Counted from the stretch's first letter, positions 38,321-48,999 are shown. The stretch: DNA of 64,000 bases from Pseudomonadota bacterium (GCA_043825735.1 JBDRRP010000011.1:1-64000); one strand, 5' to 3'. Numbers and translations are program-made. The notes: generated by a model not told the origin, from the letters alone.

Positions 38321-39277
38321 TTACCGCGTCAGGTAGAAACAGGCCTGATCCCCCCGCCCCGACCGGTTCAATGCGTCCGCTTCCCGGTTGAAAGCGTCCA
38401 TCTGGTCCGCCGTAAACAGGCCGGCGTTTTGTGACCGGCTCCATGAGCGCGCGTCACTGAGAGAAATATCCATTTTCAACTGCTCGCTGCCCCAAAACTG
38501 AAACGCGTTGGAATCGTATTCGATGTCGCGGATCGTGAATCCGTGTCGCTGAGAGAGCTGCGCGATGCTTTTTACCGTGTGCAGAAACAGGTGGCGCGGG
38601 GCATCGATCTGCACCCAGTTCTCCCGGTATCGCTCCCAGGCCAGGCTGTCGCGCAAGGGGATGCGCAGCAGCACCACCCCGCCGGGCCGCAGGCAGCGGG
38701 CCAGATGGCCGAAGGCCGCCGCCGGATCGGGCATATGCTCGAAGGAATGGTGGAGCATGATCAGATCGTAAATGCCGTCCGCGGCGCTCAGGAGCATCTT
38801 GTGGACGCTCACGCCGTTGTCGTAGCGGATAGTGCGCGCCAGAAACGGATCGATTCCCGTCAGGTGCAAAAAGCCTTCCCGACGCATGGACACCAGAAGG
38901 TCTCCGGTGCCGCAGCCCACGTCGAGAATCTTGTGGTCCAGCCGCACACCGGCGGTTTGGAGCCAGTGAAAGTAGTCGGGGGGGGCATACCAGCGAGCGA
39001 TGAGGCGCCCCATGAGCGAGGAACGCTCAAAAACGGCCCGCGCCCGGGCCTTCTTGATCGCCGCCTTTACCGGGTTGTTGAAGAGTTTTCCCGGAGACTG
39101 GTAGGAGTAGTAGTCGGGCGGGTAGTAGCGCGACAAGTCTTCTGGAATCTCGGCAATCTGCAGGCATCCGCAACCTGCGCACAGGAAATAGGTAAACCGG
39201 TCGCGAAGTCCCAGGGTCATCTCCCGGCATTCGACGGTTTCATTGCCGGCGTTATTGTCGCACACCCGGCACCGCAT
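38321..39277 (-). CDS. Class I SAM-dependent methyltransferase with N-terminal Zn ribbon
   Basis: CRVC...CAGC, ILDVGCGTG, HSFEHMPDP and DAPRHLF. Confidence 0.88.
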   Translation of the reverse strand: MRCRVCDNNAGNETVECREMTLGLRDRFTYFLCAGCGCLQIAEIPEDLSRYYPPDYYSYQSPGKLFNNPVKAAIKKARARAVFERSSLMGRLIARWYAPPDYFHWLQTAGVRLDHKILDVGCGTGDLLVSMRREGFLHLTGIDPFLARTIRYDNGVSVHKMLLSAADGIYDLIMLHHSFEHMPDPAAAFGHLARCLRPGGVVLLRIPLRDSLAWERYRENWVQIDAPRHLFLHTVKSIAQLSQRHGFTIRDIEYDSNAFQFWGSEQLKMDISLSDARSWSRSQNAGLFTADQMDAFNREADALNRSGRGDQACFYLTR

Positions 39278-39299
39278 CAATGTCGCCCCCGCCGCCGGC

Positions 39300-40460
39300 T
39301 CATGCGCACACCCCCATGAGCGCGAACACCGTTTCAAACCGCTTTTCCCAGGTATGCTCGGCCAGTGCCCGCTCCCGGCCGGCCCGGCGGATATCCTCCG
39401 CCCGCTCGGGATTCGCTGTCAGGCATCGGATCTTGTCGATCAGCTGCGCCGTGTCATGGTAGGTTTCGATTTCTTCTCCGACCCGAAACCAGCGGTCCAG
39501 TTCCGGGTGCGCCTCGGTGAGATAGAGCCCGCCGCTCATGGGCACTTCAAAATCACGCCCCTTCAGGCAGCAGGCCCCGTCCATGTCGGCAACGCCGCTG
39601 AATCCGAGGTTGACGCGGCTGCGGGAATACATCCGTACCATGTCCTCGGTGGGCAGGGGGCCATTGGGCCAGCCGGTCCCGAAGGCGGTCACCGATATCC
39701 CGGCGGCCTCGAGGGCGGCGAGGATCTCCGGCCGCCGGCCGTAGCACTGCCCCACAAAAGAGACCGCGATATCCCTGGGGACGTCGTAGGGCCGGTGGAT
39801 GGCCGGGTTGGCCCCTTCGGGCAGGTACACGGGCACGGCGCCTTCAACGCAGTACTTCTCCAGCGCGTCACGGGTGCTGGTCCAGCACAGGTCGAAATAG
39901 CGGCAGATATCCCGCATGCCGCCGGCGTGCCCGCCGCGGACCCTGCCGACGAAGTACTCCTTGTCGTTGAGGTACATATTGACCACCGGCACGTCGCTCT
40001 GCTGGAGCCAGGCCGCCGTCTCGGGGGTGATCTGCTCGCCCGAGAGATAAGTGAAGATGAGGTCCGGGCGATCGGTTCGAAACCAGTCGTCAATGCGGGC
40101 GCACAGGTCCCGGTTCATGGCTGCGCGTCCGGCGGCGTACCAGTCGGCGTCCCCGGAAACAAAACCGGTGTCGGCCCAGTCGTAGTGAAGCACCCTGCCG
40201 AATGCCGCCAGCGACGGCAGCAGCGCATCCCGCTCCCAGTTGTAGTGGTGAAACACGGCGCCGATGGTGAGGTTTCCCTTGGGCACCGGTCTCCGGCCGG
40301 GGTAGCGCCGGCGCAGGCGCTCGCCGATGGCATCTGCGTCGGGCAGCCTGAACCCGCCGGTTTCAAAACGCCGCCGGTAATCGCAGCCTTCGGCGTCCAG
40401 CCGTGCGGCCATACGCCGGGCCCTCAGTTTCCGGCGGTACCGCCGGAACCATGTTCTCAT
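39300..40460 (-). CDS. Glycosyltransferase, CgeB/Glyco_trans_1_2-like
   Basis: VSFVGQCYG.R, KGRDFEVPMSGG and RALAEHTWEKR. Confidence 0.8.
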   Translation of the reverse strand: MRTWFRRYRRKLRARRMAARLDAEGCDYRRRFETGGFRLPDADAIGERLRRRYPGRRPVPKGNLTIGAVFHHYNWERDALLPSLAAFGRVLHYDWADTGFVSGDADWYAAGRAAMNRDLCARIDDWFRTDRPDLIFTYLSGEQITPETAAWLQQSDVPVVNMYLNDKEYFVGRVRGGHAGGMRDICRYFDLCWTSTRDALEKYCVEGAVPVYLPEGANPAIHRPYDVPRDIAVSFVGQCYGRRPEILAALEAAGISVTAFGTGWPNGPLPTEDMVRMYSRSRVNLGFSGVADMDGACCLKGRDFEVPMSGGLYLTEAHPELDRWFRVGEEIETYHDTAQLIDKIRCLTANPERAEDIRRAGRERALAEHTWEKRFETVFALMGVCA

Positions 40461-41407
40461 GAACGGTCCCCGTCAAGGGTATCGCGGTGCAGGGTGTACA
40501 TGCGCATCCCGTTTGATTTTGCCTCCATGCCGTTCATCATGTTCACCACGTGTCCGGCGTCGATGACCGGCCGTGATACGCGGGCGGCCAGATCCACGCA
40601 GACCGGCAGCGCGCCCACGCCGGCCCCCACCAGATAGATGTCCGCGTCGTCGGGGACGGCCGCCAGGACCGCGTCTTTCATCTCCGGCCAGTGCACCGCC
40701 ACCAGCGCGTTGGGAATAGCGGCAAAAGACAGTTGCGGCCGCGCGCCCTGTCGGGTGAAAAATCGCTGGCATGCGGTTTCATCCCAGTCGGCGTTGATTA
40801 AACAGACATGTTTGCCATCCACCATACGGGCGAAGCCCGTTGAGGTCAGGAAGGCGTAAACGGCATAAAAAGGCACGTAGTTGTCAGCACTCAGGGCAAT
40901 GGTGTGGGTGTTCACGAAATCGAGAAACACCCGGGCGCCATCGTTGCCGCGCCGGCGGATCACGGAAAGGGGCCACGACGGCCGTGTGGCGCAGTTGCCG
41001 GGAAACACCAGGGGCGCGGCCAGACCGTCCGCGGACAGCGTTTTGAGCGCGGCGATATGAAAAGGAATCGCCCGCGCGATGCCAGCGGCCGAATCGGCCT
41101 GCCGGTAAAGGCCGTTGCAGTCCAGAGAGCCGCGATAAAAAGCGTATTCGCCGTCGGCAAAGCGCACGACCGGTCCTGGCTGGCCGCTGCCGATCCGCTG
41201 GTGCACAAAATCGTGCAATCTATGGACATAGGCATCGCCGTCTACCACGCTTCGGTGGAACAGACAGGTTTCTTCCCGGACCATCTGGGGGCCGAAATGG
41301 TCGATGACCGGTGTGTTGTCGATGCCGGTGATCTCAAGCCGGGAAAACGCGAATGCCCCGTGCTCCAGCAGGTGATCCAGATAGTGTCGCCGCCGGGGCG
41401 CTGTCAT
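40457..41407 (-). CDS. Hypothetical protein, GT-D fold (DUF1792)-like
   Basis: VVRFADGEY and GAG...VIDAGH resemble the RFGDGE / IDIGH motifs of GT-D fold proteins. Confidence 0.6.
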   Translation of the reverse strand: MTAPRRRHYLDHLLEHGAFAFSRLEITGIDNTPVIDHFGPQMVREETCLFHRSVVDGDAYVHRLHDFVHQRIGSGQPGPVVRFADGEYAFYRGSLDCNGLYRQADSAAGIARAIPFHIAALKTLSADGLAAPLVFPGNCATRPSWPLSVIRRRGNDGARVFLDFVNTHTIALSADNYVPFYAVYAFLTSTGFARMVDGKHVCLINADWDETACQRFFTRQGARPQLSFAAIPNALVAVHWPEMKDAVLAAVPDDADIYLVGAGVGALPVCVDLAARVSRPVIDAGHVVNMMNGMEAKSNGMRMYTLHRDTLDGDRS

Positions 41408-42357
41408 GATGATGCCTTTCGATTGTCGTTAAACGGGCGGCCGGTCACATGCCAGCCCAGGACTTTGAGGTTGCGCACCCACCGGCGGCGCACGCCGGCC
41501 GCCAGACCCGCAGTGGCCACAGTGCCCACCGTATTGAGCATCACGTTCACCAAAAGGCGCACCACGACCACTGCAGCCAGCCAAGGAAACCGGGTCGGAA
41601 ACCATTTCTTCAGATACTGGTAGCGGCTGCGATAAAACAGGATGCGTGCATCCGCGCCGCTGCCGGCACTCTGGCCCTGGGCATGGACAATCCGGGCATC
41701 GGGCACAAACAGGACCTGCCAGCCGGCCCGGTGAAACTGCAGGGCCCAGTCGGTCTCCTCCATGAAGAAGAAATAGCGCTCGTCAAACAGCCCGACCGCA
41801 TCCATGGCCGATTTGCGAACGATCATACACGCACCGATGCACGAGTCCACCGGCGTCGGCCCGTCAAATTGGCGGTATTTGCTGGGGTAGCGCCCCGGCA
41901 TCAGCCGCTTGAGCAGCGACTCGTTGAGCAGCAGAGACACCGGATCCGGAAAGCTGGCAAAAGAATTCTGCCGGCTGCCGTCCGGGTTGAGCAGTTGTCC
42001 GCAGGCCATCCCCGCCGAAGGGCTTGCCTCCATGAAGTCGAACAGTCGGCGGGCCGCCCCGGGGCTCAGGGCGGCATCGGAATTGAGCAGGAGGACATAG
42101 CGACCGCCGGCTTGTCTGAGCGCCTGGTTGTTGGCGGCCCCGAAACCGCGGTTGCTGTCGTTTGCGATGATCCGAACCCGCGGAAACCGCTCGCGCAGCA
42201 TGGCCACGCTGTGATCGCTCGAGGCGTTATCCACTACCCACACCTCCACGGCAAGCCCCTGCGTGGTGTCGTAGACCGAGCCGACCGCGGCGGCAAGCAG
42301 GTCCGCCGTGTTGCGGTTGACGATCACCACGGATATGTCCAGGCCATGAGTCGTCAA
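41404..42357 (-). CDS. Glycosyltransferase family 2
   Basis: VDNASSD, NRGFGAANN, LLNSD and FDERYFFFMEETDW. Confidence 0.9.
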   Translation of the reverse strand: MTTHGLDISVVIVNRNTADLLAAAVGSVYDTTQGLAVEVWVVDNASSDHSVAMLRERFPRVRIIANDSNRGFGAANNQALRQAGGRYVLLLNSDAALSPGAARRLFDFMEASPSAGMACGQLLNPDGSRQNSFASFPDPVSLLLNESLLKRLMPGRYPSKYRQFDGPTPVDSCIGACMIVRKSAMDAVGLFDERYFFFMEETDWALQFHRAGWQVLFVPDARIVHAQGQSAGSGADARILFYRSRYQYLKKWFPTRFPWLAAVVVVRLLVNVMLNTVGTVATAGLAAGVRRRWVRNLKVLGWHVTGRPFNDNRKASS

Positions 42358-43412
42358 CGCTCAACGCCTCCGTCCAGCAGATCTAAAGTCGCGGCCGTCA
42401 CGTCATCCACGGTGATCGCCTGCATGCAATGGCACGTGCCGCAAGTGCGTTTGAAACAGGGGCTGCAAGCGGCTGCGGTGCGCACCACCCGGTGCCGGCG
42501 GCCGTAGGGTCCGGTGCGCCAGGGGGCCGTGGGACCAAACAAGGCCACCACGGGTAGCGCCACCGCCGCGGCCAGGTGCATGGGCCCGGTGTCGGTCGTC
42601 ACGAGGCAATCGGCGGACGCATACAGCGCCGCCAGCGTCTTGAGCGATGTCTCCCCGGCCAGGTTTATGGCCGGCGATGACATGCGCGCGATAATGGCGT
42701 CGACCGAGCCCCGGTCTTCGGGGCCCCCGGTAAACACCACCGCGGCGCCCCGCGCGGTCACCAGGCGATCGGCAAGCACCGCAAAACGCTCGGGCACCCA
42801 GAGTTTGGTGGGCCATTTGGCCATGGGGTTGATGGCCACCACCGGCCGCCCCCCCCCGGCAAGCCGCTGCCGGACCCACCGGACATTGTCCGGCCCCACG
42901 GGCAGCCGGTATTCCACGCGCCGGGTGTGGATCCCCAAGGCCTCGAGCATGATGAGATTGCGCTCCAGGGCGTGCACCTCCATGCTGATCGCGGGGATCC
43001 GCTCGTTGAGCAACAACCAGCTCATCTCCTGATGCGCCATACCCGGGCCGAAGCCGATCTTTCGGCGCCCCCGGGCGAGGGCCACCCACAGGCTGCCCTT
43101 GAGCAGGGCCTGGAAATCAAGGACCATGTCGTAGCGGGTGTCGCGAAGGGCCCGGACAAACCGGGCGATCCGGTGCAGACTCTTTGCCCTGGGCCCGGTC
43201 TTGATGCCGCCGGCCCACTCACGGCGCTGGGATACGAGCACCCGGTCGAGCGCTTCGTGCCCGACGATCAGATCGGCGGCCGCAGGCTCCACCAGCCAGG
43301 TGATGTGCGCCCGGGGGTAGCGGCGCCGGATGGCGTTGAGCGCCGGCAGGGTGTGAATGACATCACCGATGGCGCTCAGCTTGACGATGAGAATAGTGGG
43401 GGCCGGTGTCAT
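42354..43412 (-). CDS. Lipopolysaccharide heptosyltransferase (GT9, WaaC-like)
   Basis: IVKLSAIGDVIHTLPA, DFQALLK and DTGPMHLAAA. Confidence 0.88.
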   Translation of the reverse strand: MTPAPTILIVKLSAIGDVIHTLPALNAIRRRYPRAHITWLVEPAAADLIVGHEALDRVLVSQRREWAGGIKTGPRAKSLHRIARFVRALRDTRYDMVLDFQALLKGSLWVALARGRRKIGFGPGMAHQEMSWLLLNERIPAISMEVHALERNLIMLEALGIHTRRVEYRLPVGPDNVRWVRQRLAGGGRPVVAINPMAKWPTKLWVPERFAVLADRLVTARGAAVVFTGGPEDRGSVDAIIARMSSPAINLAGETSLKTLAALYASADCLVTTDTGPMHLAAAVALPVVALFGPTAPWRTGPYGRRHRVVRTAAACSPCFKRTCGTCHCMQAITVDDVTAATLDLLDGGVER

Positions 43413-44488
43413 CGCGTGCCACCACCGTGATCGGCCATCAAAAGACGGACTTTTTCAAGCACCATGTCCACGGTCACTGCGCGCATGCACCGATGATCGA
43501 TGGGGCACGTCGGCTTCAGACACGGCGCCATGGCGCAGGCGCAGGCCCCGCTGACAATCACGCTGCGATCATTGCTGGGCCCGGTAGCCACAGGATCCGT
43601 GGAGCCGATGATGGCGACCTGGGGGGTGTCCACTGCCGCGGCCACGTGCATCAACCCGGAATCGTTGGTGACAAACAGTTGGCAGGCGGCAATCATGCAC
43701 ATGGCTTCGCGAAGCGTTGTCTTGCCGCACAGATCGATAACCGGCGCCCCGATCTCGGCGGCCATCCACTGCCCCAGCGCGGCGTCTTCCGGGCCGCCGA
43801 AGATCATGATATCGGCCCCGGTTTCCCGCCGCAGGCGCCGGCCGAGGGCCGCAAATCGCTCGGGAAACCATCGCTTGGCATTACCGCCGGTGGCACCGGG
43901 GTTTATGCCGACCAGCGGCCCCTTGCCGCCGGCGCCCAGTTGCTGGATCCTGCCCCGGGCTGTGGACATTTCCTTTTCCGTCAAAAACAGGTCCAGGTGC
44001 CTGCCGTCGGTGATCATTCCCGATTCTTGAAGAATGCCCAGATAGTAATCGATCATGTGCCGCTTCTTGTACACCGGGGTGTTCCAGATCCGCCGGGTCA
44101 GCAGCGGCGCCCGGCCGTCGGTGGCATAGCCGATCCGCCGGGGAATGTAGCCCAGCCATGCCAGCAGCGCGGCCTCGAAAGCATTCTGCAACAGAACGGC
44201 GGTGTCAAAGGATTGGTGGCGCAGGTCCTGCGCCAGGCGCAGGCGTCCACGCCAGCCGCAATGACGGCCGCCCGCATCGTAGGCCATGATCTCGTCGATG
44301 CAGGGATTTTCCTGAAATACCGGTATCACCCAAGGTTTGGCCAGCAGGGTGATCCGTGCACCGGGATTACTGCGCCGGATACCCCGGATCGCCGGCGTGG
44401 ACATGATGGCGTCGCCCACCCAGTTGGCGGCCCGGATCATGATGCGATGTGGCGTTTTATGCGATGTCATCGCCCTGGAATCGTTCAT
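43409..44488 (-). CDS. waaF: Lipopolysaccharide heptosyltransferase II
   Basis: NWVGDAIMSTPA, INPGA..G.AKRW and TNDSGLMHVAAA. Confidence 0.9.
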   Translation of the reverse strand: MNDSRAMTSHKTPHRIMIRAANWVGDAIMSTPAIRGIRRSNPGARITLLAKPWVIPVFQENPCIDEIMAYDAGGRHCGWRGRLRLAQDLRHQSFDTAVLLQNAFEAALLAWLGYIPRRIGYATDGRAPLLTRRIWNTPVYKKRHMIDYYLGILQESGMITDGRHLDLFLTEKEMSTARGRIQQLGAGGKGPLVGINPGATGGNAKRWFPERFAALGRRLRRETGADIMIFGGPEDAALGQWMAAEIGAPVIDLCGKTTLREAMCMIAACQLFVTNDSGLMHVAAAVDTPQVAIIGSTDPVATGPSNDRSVIVSGACACAMAPCLKPTCPIDHRCMRAVTVDMVLEKVRLLMADHGGGTR

Positions 44489-44496
44489 TGTGTCTA

Positions 44497-45429
44497 TCAC
44501 GCCCCGTGCCAATCGCCCCGGGGCCATGGGCAGTGTGGCCGGGTCTTCCACCGCTGGTGCACCCAGAACCACTGGTCCGGGCGCTGACGGATAAACGACT
44601 CCAGGACCCGGTTGTAAGCCAGCGTGTTTTCTTCAACGTCGCGCTGTTTGTCTCCGGAGCGAAGGGTCGGCACCTCGGGGGCGATATCCACCCGGAACCC
44701 GCCGCCGGGTTCCCGGGAGAGGTACACCGGCACCACCGGCGCGCCGGTACGCATGGCCAGCAGGGCCAGACTCTTGTTGGAGCAGGCCCGGTGCCCGAAA
44801 AAGTCCACGAACACCCCCTCGTACCAGTCCACGTTCTGGTCCATGAGCAGTGTCACGTTCTCCTGGCGCCGGAGCCGCTGCACCACCTCCCGCACCGCCC
44901 CGCTGGAGGATACCATCTGTGCACCGAAGCGGGTGCGAAACTCATGGAAAAACCGATCCAGCGGTGGAAAGTCCAGGGGGCGGTACACCACTGAAACCGG
45001 CACATCAAACAAACCGGCGGCTTGGGGAAGAAGCTCCCAGAGTCCGAAATGTCCGGTCAACACCAGCGTCCCCCGACCCTTTCGCCGCGCCGCTGTCAGG
45101 TGGTGCAATCCGTAGAGCTTGAACCGCTTCACCATTTGCGCCGGCGGTGTCTGCACGGCCCAGGCGACTTCCAGAACGATCCGAAACATATTGACGAATA
45201 CCGCCTGGGCACAGCGGCGGATGGCGTCTTGCGACCACACGGTGCCGAAAGCGCGGTTGAGATTGTCCATGGCGATCCGCCGGTGTTTTCGGTCCAGGCG
45301 AAACAGCAGCCGCCCCAGACGCTGGGCCACGGCCTCACGGGAAGGCTCGGACAGTGCGCCGAGCACTCGGAACAACAGGTAGATGGCACCCAATATGATC
45401 CGGTCGCGGCGCGTCATGTCCCGAGCCAT
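44497..45429 (-). CDS. Lipid A late acyltransferase (LpxL/HtrB family)
   Basis: GHFGLWE, DQN, VDFFG and PDQWFWVHQRWKT. Confidence 0.9.
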   Translation of the reverse strand: MARDMTRRDRIILGAIYLLFRVLGALSEPSREAVAQRLGRLLFRLDRKHRRIAMDNLNRAFGTVWSQDAIRRCAQAVFVNMFRIVLEVAWAVQTPPAQMVKRFKLYGLHHLTAARRKGRGTLVLTGHFGLWELLPQAAGLFDVPVSVVYRPLDFPPLDRFFHEFRTRFGAQMVSSSGAVREVVQRLRRQENVTLLMDQNVDWYEGVFVDFFGHRACSNKSLALLAMRTGAPVVPVYLSREPGGGFRVDIAPEVPTLRSGDKQRDVEENTLAYNRVLESFIRQRPDQWFWVHQRWKTRPHCPWPRGDWHGA

Positions 45430-46268
45430 CAGTGCGCGCCCCTTTGTTCCGACCCGGTTTTCGAGGTCATTGCACCCTCCTGGCGCAGAAGGGGCGGGCT
45501 GGCCGGGGATACCCAATCCGCCGTCTGGGCAGCCCGTTTGGCGTATTTATAAAACGTCGCCTCGAAATTACTCAGGGCCAGCACGAAACCGGCCCATCCG
45601 TCGAGGACACCCAGCTTGATCACGTATTGGTGAAAAAACGCCCACCCACCGTGTCCAAGCGCGGTCCACAGTCCTGCGGTGCGCCCGGTGCGCTGCATTT
45701 GATCCGCCCCCAGGCTCGAATAGCGGGTAATCTTATTCTGGAGCTCCGCCAGGTCGACATAAGGCACCTGCCAGATGGCAGCGGTCAGGACTCCCGGTGC
45801 CCGGTCCGTGAGCAGCTCATACGTCTCGTGGACCATGTCCGGCCGATAGCGCAGCGCCCCTTTCCGGAACAACTGAGGCTGGCGGTAGTCGGGATAGTAA
45901 CCTGAGAAGCGGATCCATCGCCCCATAAAATGGTTCCGGCGGGGCACGAAATACGCGTCGGCCGACTCGGGGGCGCTGATAATGCGAAGCATCTCGTCAC
46001 GCGCCTCGGGCGTGCAACGCTCGTCGGAATCGAGGCTGAAGACCCACTCGCCGGTGCAGGCGTCAATGGCCGCGTTGCGCAGTGCGCCGAACCCCGCGAA
46101 AGGGACATGAACCACCCGGGCGCCCAGTCCGGCAGCGATGCGGTCGGTGCCGTCAGTGGAATGGGAATCCACCAGAAGCACTTCGTCGGCCCAAAGAACG
46201 CTGTTGACGGCATCGGCGATCTTCTCGGCCTGATTGTATGCGATGATGTAGGCCGTAATGCGGCTCAT
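45429..46268 (-). CDS. Glycosyltransferase family 2 (WaaE/KdtX-like)
   Basis: VDSHSTDGT, SLDSDE, YPDY and GVLDGWAGF. Confidence 0.88.
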   Translation of the reverse strand: MSRITAYIIAYNQAEKIADAVNSVLWADEVLLVDSHSTDGTDRIAAGLGARVVHVPFAGFGALRNAAIDACTGEWVFSLDSDERCTPEARDEMLRIISAPESADAYFVPRRNHFMGRWIRFSGYYPDYRQPQLFRKGALRYRPDMVHETYELLTDRAPGVLTAAIWQVPYVDLAELQNKITRYSSLGADQMQRTGRTAGLWTALGHGGWAFFHQYVIKLGVLDGWAGFVLALSNFEATFYKYAKRAAQTADWVSPASPPLLRQEGAMTSKTGSEQRGAH

Positions 46269-46324
46269 GGTCACTCCACTGGGTGTCGGCGCTGGTGTAA
46301 CCGGATTTCTTTAGCAGGCTATCA

Positions 46325-47548
46325 TCAAGGGGTCAACCGGAGCGCCGCCAGTGCCGGCAGCTGTTCGGCCAGACGCCCGGCCAGCCACCCGGCAAAACGG
46401 TCTGCATCCTTTGGAAACCCCAGGCGCACCCCGACAACGGTCAATTGTCGGCACACCTCCGGCGCATTGGGAAGCAGGCGGTAGAAATCCTTTTCCGTCG
46501 TGACCAGGGCATCCGCCCCGGCGGCCTCAACCTGCCGGCGCAGGTCGGAGAGTTGCCCTGCCGTGTAATCATGGTGGTCGGGGAAACCGGAAAAAGACAC
46601 CACCGCCCCCCCCAACACATCCAGGCTCTCAAGGAACCGCGCGTTGTCGGCGATGCCGGCGAAGGCCACCAGCCGCCGGCCGCGCAACGCGTCAGGCGGC
46701 GCCGGTGCCAGGTTGCCGGTTGCATCGGAAGCGCGCCGAGCCCCGGTTGCACGGAAAACAGCGGGCTGATGGATGGCACAAAACGCCGGTTTTCCGCCAA
46801 ACGCCGCACCGCCCCTCAAAAACCCCGGGCTGACACCGTGCTCGGATCGTGTGAAAACGATCCCGTGAGCACGCCGGGCGGCGGCGGCCGGCTCCCGCAG
46901 GGGCCCCCGCGGCAGCACATACCCGTTGCCGAGAGGATACCGGGCATCGGCGAGAAGGATATCCACATCGCGCGCCAGCCGCAGATGCTGGAATCCATCA
47001 TCGAGCAGGATCACATCCGGTCGCAGGTCTGTGGCGATGCGGCACCCGATGGCATACCGGTCACGCCCCACGGCCACGGGCACCCCGGGCAGCTGCATGG
47101 CCAGCATGAACGGCTCGTCGCCCGCCGCGGCAGCGTTTTCGAGGATCCGCCGACCGTCGGAGACGATACCGCCGCGTTTTTCCAGCCCGCCGCGATATCC
47201 CCGGCTGACAATGGCCGGTCGGCAACCGGCCGCTGCCAGAATACCGGCCAGATAGGCCACCATCGGGGTCTTGCCCGTCCCCCCGACGGTGAGATTGCCC
47301 ACGGATATCACCGGAACCGGAAGTCTCCGCCGGCGGTGACGCCACGGGCCGTCGTAGGCCGCTGATCGCAGCGCTGTGATCGCGGCGTACCCCCGGGAGA
47401 GCAACTGCAGCGCGCCCGCCCGGCCGGCCGGAACAGCGGCGCCGGGGGGGCTGTGAATAATGCCGGTCACGGTTTTCATCCAGAATCTGAGTCCCTTCCG
47501 CTGCAGGCTGCGCGACATGCCCTCACCGAGTCGGTTCATGACGATCAT
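46325..47548 (-). CDS. lpxK: Tetraacyldisaccharide 4'-kinase
   Basis: VISVGNLTVGGTGKTP, SRGY, GDEP, LDDGFQH, GPLREP, FPDHH and TTEKD. The start is uncertain. Confidence 0.93.
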   Translation of the reverse strand: MIVMNRLGEGMSRSLQRKGLRFWMKTVTGIIHSPPGAAVPAGRAGALQLLSRGYAAITALRSAAYDGPWRHRRRRLPVPVISVGNLTVGGTGKTPMVAYLAGILAAAGCRPAIVSRGYRGGLEKRGGIVSDGRRILENAAAAGDEPFMLAMQLPGVPVAVGRDRYAIGCRIATDLRPDVILLDDGFQHLRLARDVDILLADARYPLGNGYVLPRGPLREPAAAARRAHGIVFTRSEHGVSPGFLRGGAAFGGKPAFCAIHQPAVFRATGARRASDATGNLAPAPPDALRGRRLVAFAGIADNARFLESLDVLGGAVVSFSGFPDHHDYTAGQLSDLRRQVEAAGADALVTTEKDFYRLLPNAPEVCRQLTVVGVRLGFPKDADRFAGWLAGRLAEQLPALAALRLTP

Positions 47549-48873
47549 TCATTTTTGCGGGCATCGCTCGGTCCGCAGGCGCCGGCTGTCTCGGCGGCCA
47601 ACACCCGGTCCAACACCGTCATCACCCGCGCTACGGCACCGCGATGCCGAAGGAAAACGCCACGCGCGGCGGCCCCCATCCGGCGCCCCTGGTCACTGGT
47701 GACAAGCATTTCAACCTGCTGGGCAATATCGTCAGCGGTGCTCACCCTCACGGCGCCACCACCGGCCACCAGCCAATCGGCCGTGGTCTGGAAATCCCGC
47801 ATGTCAGGCCCCAGCAGCACCGGCACGCCGTGAGCCGCCGCCTCCAGGGGATTGTGTCCCCCTGACGGGACCAGGCTGCCGCCGATAAAGGCCACCTGGG
47901 CCAGAGCCAGCAGACGGGCCAGCACGCCCATCCGGTCCACCACAACGACACCGGCACCAGCGGGCGCCGACGACGCTTCCAACGCGGAATACAAGATTCC
48001 CGCGTTGTTACGGCGCACGGCCATTTGGCACAGCGTTTCGCCGCGCCGCGGATCGCGGGGGGCGATGATGAGACGGATCCCCGGAACCCGCCGCCGGGCG
48101 CCATCGTAGGCCGCCAGCAGCGTTCCCTCCTCACCCGGGTGGGTGCTGGCGGCCAGCATCACCGGTGCTTCTGCTGAAATCCCAAGACGCCGGCGCCAGG
48201 ACGTTCGGGCGGCATCGTCCATCTCCGGGGGGGCCTGGTCAAACTTGATGGAGCCCGTTACCGAGAGTCTATCCGGAAACACCCCGAGCGCTTCGAAACG
48301 GTCGGCATCCTCGGCCGACTGACAGCAGATATGCGCCATTGCGCGCAGCATGGGGCGACTGACCGCGGCAAGCCGCCGGTAGCCTTTCAAGGAGCGTTCG
48401 GACAGCCGGGCATTGGCGAGCACCACCGGCACCCCCCGCTGCCCGGCCTCGGCCATAAATCCAGGCCAGATGTCGGATTCCACCAGTACGACCAGGGCCG
48501 GATTGATCCGCCTGAACGCGCGTTTGATCGAAAACGGTACGTCAAAGGGAAAATAGCCGAGCGCGTCCACCCGGCCGTTGAATCGCTCGGCGGCGATCTG
48601 ATGCCCGCTCAGGGTGGCTGCGGTCATGCACACCGGGTGCTGGTACCGGCACGGCTGCAGGCGCTCGATGAGCGGCTCAGACGAGAGGACCTCCCCGACG
48701 GAAAGCGCGTGTATCCACAGGCTTTTGGCGGCGGACGGACACAGCCCCGAAAGTGAAGGGATGAGCCGCTTGAATACTGTCCGGCGCCGCTTTTCAGAAA
48801 TGGCACAGATCACGCCCAGCAGCGGCAAAGCGGCAATCGCCGCGCCGGTGGCCGCGGCCCCGTAAACCGTCAT
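47545..48873 (-). CDS. waaA: 3-deoxy-D-manno-octulosonic acid transferase
   Basis: WIHALSVGE, ESDIWP, NARLSERS, ASTHPGEE and GGHNPLEAA. Confidence 0.93.
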   Translation of the reverse strand: MTVYGAAATGAAIAALPLLGVICAISEKRRRTVFKRLIPSLSGLCPSAAKSLWIHALSVGEVLSSEPLIERLQPCRYQHPVCMTAATLSGHQIAAERFNGRVDALGYFPFDVPFSIKRAFRRINPALVVLVESDIWPGFMAEAGQRGVPVVLANARLSERSLKGYRRLAAVSRPMLRAMAHICCQSAEDADRFEALGVFPDRLSVTGSIKFDQAPPEMDDAARTSWRRRLGISAEAPVMLAASTHPGEEGTLLAAYDGARRRVPGIRLIIAPRDPRRGETLCQMAVRRNNAGILYSALEASSAPAGAGVVVVDRMGVLARLLALAQVAFIGGSLVPSGGHNPLEAAAHGVPVLLGPDMRDFQTTADWLVAGGGAVRVSTADDIAQQVEMLVTSDQGRRMGAAARGVFLRHRGAVARVMTVLDRVLAAETAGACGPSDARKNE

Positions 48874-48964
48874 TGCCGGCGATATCGCTTTCGAACCTGC
48901 CTCAATAACGTCTTTACGCCTGTCCAGAACGCTCACGTTGACCTTATCCGAACCATTGAGTGTT

Positions 48965-48999
48965 TCAACCACGAGAACACGGAGGCCACGAAGAAAAAC
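48965..48999 (+). repeat. 9-bp-period array, second copy
   Basis: TCAACCACGAGAACACGGAGGCCACGAAGAAAAAC. Confidence 0.5.
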
